Assembly (NCBI GenBank): GCA_951406725.2
Contig: OX597840.1
Location: 20,708,001 to 20,772,000, forward strand
DNA length: 64,000 nt
Reading direction: 5' to 3'
Source: Octopus vulgaris
Taxonomy: Eukaryota
The notes under the pieces were generated by a model. It was not told the DNA's origin and did not search any database. It worked only from the letters and a program-made list of their open reading frames with translations. Position 1 is the first letter of the stretch. Each line of letters begins with the position of its first letter. Shown here piece by piece: positions 12,561 through 26,056 of this stretch. The position numbers and the translations under genes are program-made.

Positions 12561-12756
12561 AGACGAATGGTAATGGAAACGCTATCTATATGTCTGTCTG
12601 TCAATCTACCCCCCTCCCTATCTACCTACCTATCTATCTATCTATTTATCTGCCTCTCTCCCTACCTATCTATCTATCATTCTATCTATCTGTCATTCTA
12701 TCTATCCTTCTATCTATCTATCTATCTGTCTGTCTGTCTGTCTGCTTGTCTGTCTG

Positions 12757-12797
<41 letters not shown>

Positions 12798-13557
12798 GTA
12801 TCTATCTATTTATCTATCTATCTATTTACCTGCCTCTCTCTCTCGCGCTCTCTCTGTCTGTCTGTCTGTCTGTCTCTAGATAGAAAGACATACAGGTAAA
12901 TGGACGGACCGACAGACAGACAGACAGACAGATAGCTAGACAGCCAATTACTGGTACTCCGTCGGTTACCACGAGTGTTCCAGCCGATCCGATCAAAACT
13001 GAGGTCGAAATGAATGAGACGTGTAAAAACGGATTACTGGTCGGGTGGGGGTGGGGAGCAGCGTATCTATGGCAACCGGCACCCGGGACCACCGAAACAC
13101 TAACATCAATCTCTCACAAGATGGTCCGGAAGCACAGGACATTGGTTCATTAATTTCAGAGGTATTAGGTGGTGGTGGTGGTTGAGGTGGTGGTGGTGGC
13201 GGCAGTGGTGGTGGTGGTGGTGATGGTGTGGTGGTTGAGGTGGTGGTTGTGGTGGCGGTTGTGGTGGTGGTGGTGGTGGTGGTGGTGGCGGCGGCGGTGG
13301 TGGTGGTTGAGATGTTAGTAGTGGTGATGGTGGTGGTGGTTGAGGTGGTGGTGGTGGTGGTGGTTGAGGTGGTGGTGGTGGTGGTGGTGGTGGTGGTGGT
13401 GGTGGTGGTGGTGGTGGTGGTTGAGGTGGTGGTGGTGGTGGTGGTGGTGGTGGTGGTGGTGGTGGTGGTGGTTGTGGTGGTGGTGGTGGCGGCGGTGGCA
13501 GTAGTAGTAATTAGTAATATTTTGTACTACTATTACTATGAAAAAGCAGCAACAGTT

Positions 13558-13596
<39 letters not shown>

Positions 13597-15638
13597 TAGG
13601 TAGTTGCTGTTGGTGGTGGTGAGTTGTTGATGACAGTCGCGGTAGTGATGGTGATGACAATATGATTGTTTTGATGGTGGTGGTGTTGATGATGATACTT
13701 CTGGCGGTAGCAGTGGCGGCGGTGACGCTGGCTGTGGTGGCGGTTAGGCGGCTGTGGCCGGTAGGTGGGGCGACAGTAGCGGTTAGGCGGGTGCGGATGG
13801 GGTGGGGGTTGGGGTGGGGAGGTGTTGGAACGAATTCTTAATTAAGCATGAATGACTCCAGCAGTTGTTATTTATGTACGGCGTTGATGTTTGGTGTACC
13901 GGGCGGCGGCGGCGTGGCGGCGTGGAGGGGCGGCGGCGGCGTGGGTAGAGGAAGCTGGGTTCGGAGGAGGAGGAGCGGCAGGTGGAAAAAGGGAAGTCAA
14001 AAAAATAAAACAAAATAAAAATAAATGAAGGGCTCCTACGGCAACGTGATGCGTGTCCAAGGATGACCGGCCTTTCATCACCATGGGTCCCCCTGGCGGC
14101 AGTGGCGGAGGTCGTGGTTTGGGCGGGCTGGTCGTGGTAGGAAGGTCTGAGTGAGTCTCCATTAACTTCATCCCTGTTATTGTTTGTTAAAAACTATTAT
14201 AGCAGCTCTTAAACCCTCTCACCCCACCGGCCCCTACCGGCCCCTACCAGACCCGCCTCTGCCCTTGAATCGAGAGGACCAAGAGAAGTCAACTTGAAAG
14301 ACTAACCGTTCTTCCTTCTCCTTCTCCGGGAGTGGGGGGAGATGTTGCTGGCTGGTGGTAGTGGTGGTGGTGGTGGTGGTGGTGCTGGTGGTTGTGATTG
14401 TAGTGGTGGTGGTGGTGGTGGTAGTGGTGTTGGGAGTGGTGGGTTGGTGTTGGTGGTGGTCGTCGTGGAGTGGGATAACTCCCCAAAAAATACAACCAAC
14501 ACCAACACCACTCGCAGCACCACAACACCACCAACACCACCACCACACCATAACTATTATAACCGCCGCCACCACCACCAACACTATCACTACTCCCACC
14601 ACTACCATCGCCACCACTTCCACCACCACTACCACCACCACCACCACCACCACTGCTACCATTATTAAGTCCGAGATCGTCCCATCCGTCCGTCACCGTA
14701 TCCGGAAGTACTGATGCAAGTCGGCTGAACGTCAGCAGAAAAAAAGACGTCCTCGGTTCTTGAGGACATTTAATTGTGGAGGAACCTGCTTGTTAATAAC
14801 ACCGCCTACTCAACAAGTCACATGGCAAAGCTTTAACTTTACTCTGGACGACGACGGCAACAACAACAACAACAACAACAACAGCAGCAACAACAATAAC
14901 AATTATTGTTTCTAATACGGCGGGGGTTGGTGAGAAAGCAGAATCATTATCATGCCGGACCAAATGCTTATCTCATTTCTTCCGGTTCTTTACATCCTAA
15001 GTTCAAGTTCTGCCATGGTCAACTTTCATCAATTCGGGAGTCAATGAAATAAAGTACCAGTTGCGTACTGGGGGTTGTAATCGCAAGTGCTACCAGTCGA
15101 GAACTCCGCTTACCGGAAGCCAGCAAGTGTATGGGGTCATCAGGAGAGAATGCGCGCCGTTTCGGGGCCTACCCCTCGACGGTATCACTGCGCACTGCCC
15201 CTCACTGATATGAAGCAAAACTAAACAATAAGATGGAAAATAATGTTTATTTTTGCTTACTTCAATTTTATTTATATTTGAAAGGTTTTCTCCTCCTTTG
15301 ATCTCTCAGAGCAGAACGTTGAAGGACATATTACGTAACGTAATTCTAGGTTCGGGGGAAATAAATAGGGAGGTCATGGCTGGAATGCCTTTGATCACAA
15401 TAATCCTGCTGAAACCAAGTTGACACTATGTTAAGCAACAACAGCTGAGCAGCAGCAGCAGCAACAACAACAATAACAACAACAGCTAACAAATTCTTTG
15501 ATCAAATCCTCAGTGTGACACCCTGGACACTTTGGAATCATATTTACAATCATATGAACCACTTTGAATATCGTTTTAGCAAGCAGAACGACGTACAGGC
15601 AGCCTCGACAAAACGCCGAACAAATATAACACCAAAGA

Positions 15639-16201
15639 GGGCCGGATTAAGGACCATAGATGCCCCAAGCACTTAAAAGATTTTGGTGCCCCCATATATA
15701 TGTTATTCAAAATGTAAACCATAAAACAAATTTCGATTTGACCCAAAACTAAACATGTTAGTTAGTTAGTTAATTTTTTTTGCTCAAAAAGCAAAAAGCA
15801 AGGCCATGTAGGGGGACATGGAGTTATGTACAGGGTGGTGTTCATGTAAAGAGTTCAGGCCACATGAGATGAAGGGAGACTTTGAATCGAGCGGTCGTCG
15901 GCATCTTCACCATCTCGTCCGGCAGCTTATTCCACGGATCCGCAACTCAGACGGAGAGAGCCCCTCTCCTTCGATTGAGATGAAATCGTCGCAGATAGAG
16001 CTTTTCGGAGTGTCCTCCGACTTCTTTAAATCGCAAAGTCTTTGATCAGGCGATGAGGCATCCCGAATATCATTTTAGTAAGTTTGAATTGATTTCTTTC
16101 GTGCCGTAGACCATTTACCATTTCTGTGCTGCTCCCCACCACCACTCCTTATTTGGTGCCCTTAGCACGCGCTTATCTTGCTTAATGGTTAATCCAGCAC
16201 T
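15639..16201 (+). mobile_element. Non-autonomous TIR DNA transposon (possibly hAT-like) hosting a CR1 fragment
   Basis: Ends gggccggattaa.. / ..ttaatccagcact with subterminal ggtgccc motifs; a related 5' end occurs at about 32582-32632. Confidence 0.55.
15757..16020 (-). mobile_element. CR1-like LINE 3' end with (TAAC)n tail
   Basis: Matches 62770-63020. Confidence 0.9.
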
Positions 16202-16203
16202 AC

Positions 16204-16420
16204 ACCTATCTGCGACGATTTCATCGGGTTGCGGATCCGTGGAATAAGCTGCCGGACGAGATGGTGAAGATGCCGACGACCGCTCGGTTCAAAGTCTCCC
16301 TTGACCACAAGTGGCCTGAACTCTTTACATGAACACCACCCTGTACATAACTCCATGTCCCCCTACATGGCCTTGCTTTTTGCTTTTTGAGCCAAAAAAT
16401 TAACTAACTAACTAACTAAC
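16204..16420 (+). mobile_element. CR1-like LINE 3' end with (TAAC)n tail
   Basis: Encodes RVADPWNKLPDEMVKMPTTARFKVSLDHKWPELFT*; inverted relative to 15757-16020. Confidence 0.9.
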
Positions 16421-16999
16421 CTGAGCATCGAGTGAACCCTGATTCCTACAAATCCTCTAATATCTACTTATGCATGTTTGTTTTCGAAGACGTTCCAACC
16501 GTGACCTTACGTTTTCTTTTTTATATTTAGATAAGATCTGATGTATCAACTATACATTATGCTATCAGATTGCAGATAGTTGTATGGGATATAGTAATAG
16601 CGGTAATGTTAGCTGTTGTTGTTGTTGTTGCTGCTACTGCTGCTACTGCTGCTGCGGCTACTGCTGCTGCTCAGCTGTTGTTCTTGCTTAACATGGAGTC
16701 AACCTTGGTTTAAGCAGGATTATTGTGATCAAAGGCATTCCAGCCATGACCTCCCTATTTATTTTTCACCAAAGCTAGAATTACGTTGCGTAATACGTCC
16801 TTCAATGTTCTGCTCTGAGAGAGTTTGGCTGCTGTTACTAGCAAGTCAGGCGACCCAATAGTGGCTCAGTGGTCCGTCAGCTCCTTGGCGGTGGGAATTA
16901 GACATAGCAGAGACATGATCCTTGCTGTTTTGGTTATAAATCGTGGAGGTGGAAGTTGTAGTAGTCGCAACAGCAATGTTGGTGGCGATTGCATTGCCA

Positions 17000-17045
<46 letters not shown>

Positions 17046-17086
17046 TGTTGTTGTTGTGGTAGTAGTAGTAGTTGTTGTAGTAGTAT

Positions 17087-17128
<42 letters not shown>

Positions 17129-17749
17129 CAGCAGTAGTAGTAGTTATAGTAGTAGTAGTCAGTAGCGGCAGTAGTAGTATCAGCAGCAGCAGTAGTAGTA
17201 ATAGTAGTAGTAGTAGTAGTAGTAGTGTGGTGGTGGTAGTATTGTTGTTGTTGTTGGTGGTGGTGGTGGTGGTAGTAGTTCAGTAGAGGTGGTAGTATTG
17301 GTGGTTGGGCGGTGGTGGTGGTGGTGGTGGTAGTCTCGGCGTTGATTACGATGGTGGTTGCGATAGTGGTACAGGTTGTAGTTGGGGGGTGGTGGGGGTT
17401 AAGATGGTAGTAGTAGCGGCAGTTGTGGGGGCTTAGATGATGGTGGAGGTGGTGGTTGTGTGTGTGTGTGGTGAGAAATAAGAAAGAGCCCCACGGTGAA
17501 GAGGGTGAAAGGTGAAAGGTGAGAGGTGAGAGGGGTGAAGGGTGTGGTGGGCGGACGAATATCCATGAATGAAACCGTATATCGTTTCTCTCACACTCGC
17601 GACGACACCTTCCCTCCTTCGTACACACACACACACACGCATACACACACACACACACACAGCATACCTACACACACACACACACATACATATAAACACA
17701 CACACAGACACACACACACACACACGCATACCTACACACACACACACAG

Positions 17750-17782
<33 letters not shown>

Positions 17783-17828
17783 TACGTACACATACATAGA
17801 AACACAAATATATGCGCGCCCATGTGTG

Positions 17829-17898
<70 letters not shown>

Positions 17899-17909
17899 AA
17901 TATATGTAC

Positions 17910-17955
<46 letters not shown>

Positions 17956-17982
17956 ATACATATGTATGTTGTTATATACATG

Positions 17983-18024
<42 letters not shown>

Positions 18025-18823
18025 CATATATAATGTATCCATATACATACATGTGTGTGTATGTGTTATATATATATACTGTGGAGGGGTAGTGTATGTG
18101 TGTGGGGGGAGGGTAGATGTACGGGTATGTGTCTTGAGTGGAACGTGGGAGCCAGCTTTCATCCAACCCGAAGATACCCGATACCCGTATTAGTTTACTC
18201 GCTGCCATCCCTATTCTACCCGCATACCACCACCGCCACCGGCTCTCTCTCCCGTCACCTACATAACTATAGAGCCACCCATCCTGCTATCAGTTCGACT
18301 CCAGTACCCCTCCCCCACTACCACCGCCACTCCACCCGCGTCCACCCCGACTTGTCTTAAAAAGTATTCTTACCACGTCCTCCACCCCACCCTTCGCGAC
18401 TGTTCACCTAATCCACCCGTTACTGTTTCATGTTTGATCTTTATGTCTCGATATTGGGATGTCTGTATTTGTGTGTACGGGTACGTGTGTGTTTGCATAT
18501 GTGTGTGTGTGTGTAGTTGAGTATGTATCAGTTTATTTCTGTATATATGTACGTGTATATATAACTGCGTATGCATGTGTGTAATTATAAATATATGAAT
18601 GAATTCATGTTTGTGTATCCGTTTCTATGTGTGTGTGTATACATGTATGCTTAAATGCACAGGAGTATGTATACATACATGTCTGTGAGTGTGTTTGTGT
18701 GTGCGTGTATGTGTTTGTGTGAGTATAAATACATACTTTATATAAGTATATATCTATACACATACACACGCATACATATGTATACGTACGCCTACATACA
18801 TAAAGATGCATACATATGCATAA

Positions 18824-18868
<45 letters not shown>

Positions 18869-18900
18869 CATGTATATATATACACACACACACACATATT

Positions 18901-18954
<54 letters not shown>

Positions 18955-19068
18955 TATATACACATATAAATATACAAAGATATATTTGTATATAATATGC
19001 GTGCAAACATGTATGTCTCCCCACCCCTATCTGACTAGCGATATGTCCACCTCTCTAACTATATATCT

Positions 19069-19413
19069 CAGCAGAGAGTGGCCTTGAACTGGTCTCAGAA
19101 ACAGCATTTGGGAACTCTGCGTGGTCTGGTCCCTGGGGCCAGCTCTCCCATCAACTCTTTTTTGTGGTTTTGGTCCAAACCATGCAGAGCCCCCAAAATT
19201 CCTTTTCCGAGCTCAGACACGCCTCCCCCGTTAATTGCCCCATGTGGAAATGGCCTCAGACACCAAACTACATGGAGACGCCAAATGCAACTTCCGAGCT
19301 CAGACATGCCTCCGACGTCAACTCCAGTTTGCGGAGTTGACCTCAGACACCAAACCATGCGGAGCTCCCAAATTCTGTTTCCGAGACCAGGTCAAGGCCA
19401 TTCTCCTCCGCTG
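19069..19413. mobile_element. Fold-back/MITE-like element built from an ~87-bp subunit
   Basis: About 70-bp imperfect TIRs with CAG..CTG termini; internal tandem units start near 19175, 19263 and 19350. Confidence 0.7.
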
Positions 19414-19979
19414 CTCCATTGACCCAAATACCCAGGACACAATCACTTGAAATTCTTCAAAGCGGTGCCCTAGCATGGCCGCAGTCGAGTAGAAGATGCA
19501 AAAAAGAAAGATGTACGTGTTTGCGTGCGTGCGTGTGTGTGTGTGCATCATGAATCCCACACCTTAACCACGAAGCCACGCGCCTCCGCTGATAGTCGCT
19601 GAGATTCTTGCGAATAACGTTCAACTTCTATAATTAGCAATTAACAGTTTTACCATATTGGACTCTTCCTAAAACGTGTGTGTGTGTGTGTGTGTGTGTG
19701 TAGGTGGGTGGCGGGTGTGTGTGTGTAGGTGGGTGGTGGGTGTGTGTGTTGTGTGTACGCATGCGCGCCTACCTGTCCATGCTATTTATTCAGATTACAA
19801 GATTGAAAAGTGGAAACTTGAGACGGAAAATGTCAAAATGGTTGTTATTAATTTCATGAGAGAGTTTCTTCGGAAATATGAACTGACACAAGATTCAGTT
19901 TGGGGGCGTGGGAGACGCACACCACTACTTTCTCTTTAACAGGTGATTGTGTGTATATATGTATATATACATACATAAC

Positions 19980-20078
<99 letters not shown>

Positions 20079-20238
20079 GCAGTTATTAGTGTTGTTTATT
20101 GTTGTAGTTGTATTTGTTGTTGTTGTTGTTGTTGTTGTTTGGGGTGGGGTGGTGGTGGTGGTGGTGGGGACAGCGTTGATGCTGATGTTGATGGTGATGG
20201 TGATGACGGTGACGGTGGTGTTGCGACGCTGGTGTGTC

Positions 20239-20273
<35 letters not shown>

Positions 20274-20308
20274 CGATGACGATGATGTTGACGACGACGA
20301 TGATGGTA

Positions 20309-20355
<47 letters not shown>

Positions 20356-20400
20356 AATAATGATGATGATGATGACGATGATGATGATGAAGACGATGGC

Positions 20401-20497
<97 letters not shown>

Positions 20498-20567
20498 TTG
20501 ATGATGATGACGATGATGATGACGATGATGATGATGATGATGATGATGTCGATGAATTACGATGATA

Positions 20568-20598
<31 letters not shown>

Positions 20599-20602
20599 CG
20601 AT
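20239..20602. repeat. (GAT)n microsatellite
   Basis: Directly visible. Confidence 0.95.
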
Positions 20603-20871
20603 GCATCTCGGATAGGTTCACTGAAGTTCGGTTATTAACCCTTCCTCAGCAAATATTTACGTTCATCCTTCGTCCGTATTAAGTGCGTGCTTTAAAGAGA
20701 GGACGGGTTAACAGTTCGGGGTTACATTCATAATTAGGGGCGAGACCGGGTTAGAAACGAGGCCAGGGGCTTCAGAGAAGGGTTTGAAGCTTTGTGAATG
20801 CGTATTGCATAACATTAACTTTTCAAGTGCATTCAATGTATATCTGTGTTGTAAGTATGTGTGTGTATGCG

Positions 20872-20912
<41 letters not shown>

Positions 20913-20915
<3 letters not shown>

Positions 20916-21163
20916 CAAAAAATAAGCAACAAGAATGGATCGGTTGTTTAGTACAATTGTTTCATACTATAACAATTTATTAAAGCTGCAGCTTTAATAA
21001 ATTGTTATAGTATAAAACAATTGTACTAAACTACCGGATCCATTCTTGTTGCTTATTTTTTGGTTATAATCACCCCCACATAATTTTATGGGTAACACCA
21101 TAAAAAAATTCTGGTGCATCTAAGTTAAGTACCATATTCATTTGAATCTAAATTGTTTTGCTG

Positions 21164-21168
<5 letters not shown>
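20913..21168 (+). mobile_element. AT-rich repeat (probable Penelope-like terminus) with a spacer-less 5' fold-back, flanked by (TA)n
   Basis: 153-bp palindrome at 20913-21065; same family in the opposite orientation at 31581-31790. Confidence 0.7.
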
Positions 21169-21228
<60 letters not shown>

Positions 21229-21311
21229 GTATATTTGTATATATACATGTGTGTCTACATGTATACATACATATATGCATATATATCTATGTATGGATAC
21301 ATACATACACA

Positions 21312-21365
<54 letters not shown>

Positions 21366-21376
21366 ATATATAGATA

Positions 21377-21430
<54 letters not shown>

Positions 21431-21434
21431 TATA

Positions 21435-21528
21435 CAGGGTTATTCAAAGAGTTACAGGTTATTCAAAAAGAATGAACCGAACAAAACCCTGCGTAATGAA
21501 ATCGGTTCATTCTTTTTGAATAACCCTT
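21435..21528. mobile_element. Miniature Tc1/mariner-type MITE with a duplicated left end
   Basis: TIR ggttattcaaaaagaatgaaccga / tcggttcattctttttgaataacc with TA flanks. Confidence 0.75.
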
Positions 21529-21530
21529 TA

Positions 21531-21587
<57 letters not shown>

Positions 21588-21978
21588 TTGTATATGTATA
21601 TGAGTGTGTTTGTGTATGTGCGTGCGTGTGTGTCTATGTATATATATTTGTATATGCATATATGTATACAAACGTTGTCTATATATAAGTGTATATCCAT
21701 AAGCATGAAGAATTCATACATGTATGTATATGTGTATATGCAAGTATATACCCATACTGCTTGTTGTTGTTAATATGTATATATATATATGAATATATGT
21801 GTATATACTCGCTTGTATCTATACGTATGAAGTATGTATGCGTGTATATATATATATAGATGTGTGTATGTGCACGTATGTATACGTATATCTAACCACA
21901 TGCTTTGTATATGTATGTGTATGCATGTATATGTGTATGTGTGTACGCATAAGTACGCAATATGTGTGTGTGCTTGTT

Positions 21979-22040
<62 letters not shown>

Positions 22041-23182
22041 TGTATTAGCCCCTAAATCAGACTTGCCAACCCTGACCTTTCCCCCTCATTCTACACACAG
22101 CGATATAATTGCTGTCCAACCATGGAGACAGATGAGGTTGCGTAACTTAGACGGTACTACCATGGCCACCACCACCACCACAACCACTATCATGAGCGCC
22201 AATAGTACCACTGCCATCGCTACTATCACCGTCGCCACCACGACCATCACGACGACCACCACCACTACTACCACTACCGCAATTAACACTACCATCAACA
22301 CCACCACCACCATCAGCACAACCACCATCATCACCATCCCCACTACTATCATCACCGCCACCACCACTAACAGCACCACTACCACCATCGCTACCACCAC
22401 CACCATCACCACCGACACCACCACCACTACCAGCACCACCACCACCAACACCAACACCAACACCACCATCACTACCACCACCACCACCACTACCACCCCC
22501 ACCCCCATCGCCGCCACCACCACCACCACCACTACCACCACCACCACCACTACCACCACCACCACCACTACCACCCCCACCCCCATCGCCGCCACCACCA
22601 CCACCACCACTACCACCACCACCACCACCATAACGAATGCATGCACTACTGTTACAATACCAATACCAGTGCTACCATCGTGGGCGCCGCTACCATCATG
22701 AACATCACTGGAGCCAACACTACCACCGCCACCACCATTACTCCAACGTTACCACAGCCATTGTTACTAATACCAATACCACTAACACTACCATCGACAC
22801 CATTCCCTTCACGACCATCACTCTTGCTACTACCACCGCTACTATCGTCACCACTTAACAGTTACTGACGCCGCCGCCGCCGCCACAACCACCACCACCA
22901 CTGCAACCACCATCACCACCACCACCACCACTACCACCACCACCACTGCAACCACCATCACTACTACTACCACCACCACTACCACCAGATGAACACCACC
23001 ACCAACGCCACTAACATTAACACATTTAAGTTAAATGAATTTATCTGTCTACATTTTGCCAATACTTCAGACTTCGCGAGTAAATACGAGGAAGTTATGA
23101 AAGGTTTTGAGCCTTCAAGTCTTGTACCATGTGTTTTGGATTTTTTGTTTTTGAGGCCTATATATAGTGTGTATATATATAT

Positions 23183-23592
23183 ACTCTTTACTCTTTTACT
23201 CTTTTACTCTTTTACTTGTTTCAGTCATTTGACTGCGGCCATGCTGGAGCACCGCCTTTAGTCGATCAAATCGACTCCGGGACTTATTCTTTGTAAGCCC
23301 AGTACTTATTCTATCGGTCTCTTTTGCCGAACCGCAAGGTGACGGGGACGTAAACACACCAGCATCGGTTGTCAAGCAATGCCAGGGGGACAAACACAGA
23401 CACACAAACATATACACACACACTTATATATATATACATATATACGACAGGCTTCTTTCAGTTTCCACTCACAAGGCATTGGTCGGCCCGGGGCTATAGC
23501 AAAAGACACTTGCCCAAGTTGCCACGCAGTGGGACTGAACCCGGAGCCATGTGGTTGGTTAGCAAGCTACTTACCACACAGCCACTCCTGCG

Positions 23593-23597
<5 letters not shown>
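23183..23597 (-). mobile_element. SINE family 1, full-length copy
   Basis: Matches family 1 from head to tail. Confidence 0.9.
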
Positions 23598-23686
<89 letters not shown>

Positions 23687-23687
<1 letters not shown>

Positions 23688-23975
23688 CCATGTGAGTGGA
23701 TTTGGTAGACGGAAACTGAAAGAAGCCCGTCGTATATATGTATATATATATATATGTGTGTGTGTGTTTGTGTGTCTGTGTTTGTCCTAGCATTGCCTGA
23801 CAACCGATGCTGGGGTGTTTATGTCCCTGTCACTTAGCGGTTCGGCAAAAGAGACCGATGGAATAAGTACTGGGCTTACAAAAAAAGAATAAGTGCCGGG
23901 GTCGAGTTGCTCGATTAAAGGCGGTGCTCCAGCATGGCCGCTGTCAAATGACTGAAACAAGTAAAAGAGTAAAAA
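23687..23975 (+). mobile_element. SINE family 1, 5'-truncated copy inverted relative to 23183-23597
   Basis: Matches the family 1 3' portion. Confidence 0.9.
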
Positions 23976-24011
<36 letters not shown>

Positions 24012-24013
<2 letters not shown>

Positions 24014-24190
24014 CGGGAAGCTTTATGAAAATAAACAAAAGACGAAGGCAGGTGGAATACAAACAAACAATTGTATTAGTATGGCGCTCAGGAATATAAA
24101 TAAAACAAGTCTTTTACGTTTCGAGCCTACGCTCTTCAACAGAAAGATACACAGAAAAGAAACACAGAAAGAAACAAGGAGAGAAAATAT
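24012..24190 (-). mobile_element. ~180-bp hammerhead-bearing element, subfamily a
   Basis: Closely matches the reverse complement of 27815-27998; 3' end abuts (TA)n. Confidence 0.85.
24110..24147 (-). ncRNA. Minimal type I hammerhead variant (core CUGUUGA plus A)
   Basis: tcttt-CTGTTGA-A-GAGC-gtag-GCTC-GAA-ACGT-A-aaaga. Confidence 0.65.
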
Positions 24191-24731
24191 ATAGGACGGT
24201 GGTGGTGCTGCAACAGACTCAGGGGCTGCCCACACGGCACACACTCACGCTACGCCACTGATCCCTGGCCACTAGCTCAATTGCTCAAAGTGCCTGGAAA
24301 TAGGATAGAACTCGGAACAGCGTGGTTTGGAATCGAATTTGCCACCGAAACCGCATTGACAACCCACCCACGCCTGCTTCCTTGAGCTTATCAACCACAT
24401 CTTCTTTTCCTCGTTCAAATATCTGCGATGACCGTCGAATGGCAGTCGGGGAAAAATCTTGATTCCTCGCTCGAAAATGGCCTTTTGAGAAGAATTTGAG
24501 GTCGTCGCCTTTTGAAAAATTCAGGAAAATACTTCTCTGTCACCAACGGGGATTCTTGCGGTGGTGAAGGATGGAGGGGGGGAGTGCTTGTTTGTTGTTG
24601 TTGCTGTTGTTATTGCGGTGTTGTTGTTGTTGATAGTGAGAGGACCCTTCGTTTGGTTTGTTTTTTTCTTTTGTTGCTGTTGTCAAGCAGAGGGCATTTG
24701 GAGGTTTTCGTCTGTTCGTCGCAGCAGCAGC

Positions 24732-24797
<66 letters not shown>

Positions 24798-24837
24798 GGT
24801 GGTGGTGGTGGTGGTGGTGGTGGTGGTAGTAGTAGTA

Positions 24838-24868
<31 letters not shown>

Positions 24869-25136
24869 GTTCCCGCTGCTCATGTTCTTGTTCCTGTCGG
24901 TGTTGTCGTCCAAAGGCAAAAGCTCCAAGACAGAGACAGGTTCCGCCGCCAATTCCAGATTCCTTGAAGTCCTTTGCGCCAATATTGTTGGCTGGATACT
25001 TGTCTGGTCGTCGCCACTTGTAAAATGAAATTCTTCTCCGATAAGGAAGTGGTGGCCTGCTTCCTCTCACAAGAACCTCGCTTCGTCAACCGCTTCCTTA
25101 TCTCTTCACCTCAGAAAACTACCAATGTATGTATGA

Positions 25137-25181
<45 letters not shown>

Positions 25182-25301
25182 TATGTATATGTATATATAT
25201 GTGTGTGTGTATTACATATACATATATGTATGCATATGTATGTCTGCATGTATGGATGGATGGCCATGTATATGTGTATGTATCTGCGTGTGTGCATATA
25301 A

Positions 25302-25364
<63 letters not shown>

Positions 25365-25681
25365 CGTACATATATGTGTGTGTGTTTGTGTGTCAATGCG
25401 CGCGAACGTGTATGTGTTTGTGTATGCATATATGTAAAGTTGAATACGTATATATATATATATATATATATATATACGCACACATACACACACAACTGTT
25501 ACCAAGTGTTTTGTGATCCTGCCACCCCCACCACCCCCATTCGTTCTGGTATTTTTGATTGATCACTCCTCTTATAATATGGAATGGTTCAATAGAATGT
25601 TTCGCTTCCTTTCCATTTTGGCCGTCCGCCATCTTAGGTGACCGCCAATAAAACATAAAACAATCTGTCCAGATGGTGACA

Positions 25682-25724
<43 letters not shown>

Positions 25725-25764
25725 CATACATGCATACATACCTATACATATACATAGATATATA

Positions 25765-25940
25765 TGCGATGGGGTGCTAAAACATTCCTGGCTTTAAGGG
25801 TGTCGGGAGAAGCCTGGTTGGAGGATTACTGCAATATGTGTGTGAATCTGAGATAGGATATATGTTGAATAAAAACAATTTTAACTGATCCTCCTCTGCT
25901 TTTTTACCCATACCCAGAGCCTTTTCAAAACCCCATATGT
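25765..25940. mobile_element. Decayed mariner-type MITE
   Basis: Degenerate inverted ends ggggtgctaaaacattcctgg / ccagagccttttcaaaacccc. Confidence 0.4.
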
Positions 25941-26016
25941 ATGTATGTGTGTATGTATGTATGTATGTATGTATGTATGTATGTATGTATGTATGTATGT
26001 ATGTATACATATATAT

Positions 26017-26047
<31 letters not shown>

Positions 26048-26056
26048 CGATATATA

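Noticed and set aside
14053-14068. ccaaggatgac resembling U6 snRNA
   Set aside because: About 10 nt only; no ACAGAGA box or other U6 sequence
15128-15172. CTGATGA and GAAA close together on the minus strand
   Set aside because: The flanks (cccc/cccc) cannot form stem II, so it is not a hammerhead
19175-19390. Regularly spaced repeats suggestive of CRISPR
   Set aside because: Whole units are homologous with no unique spacers, there are no cas genes, and the context is eukaryotic
24540-25070. 176-aa minus-strand ORF
   Set aside because: Its length depends on triplet repeats; no recognisable motif or clear splice sites
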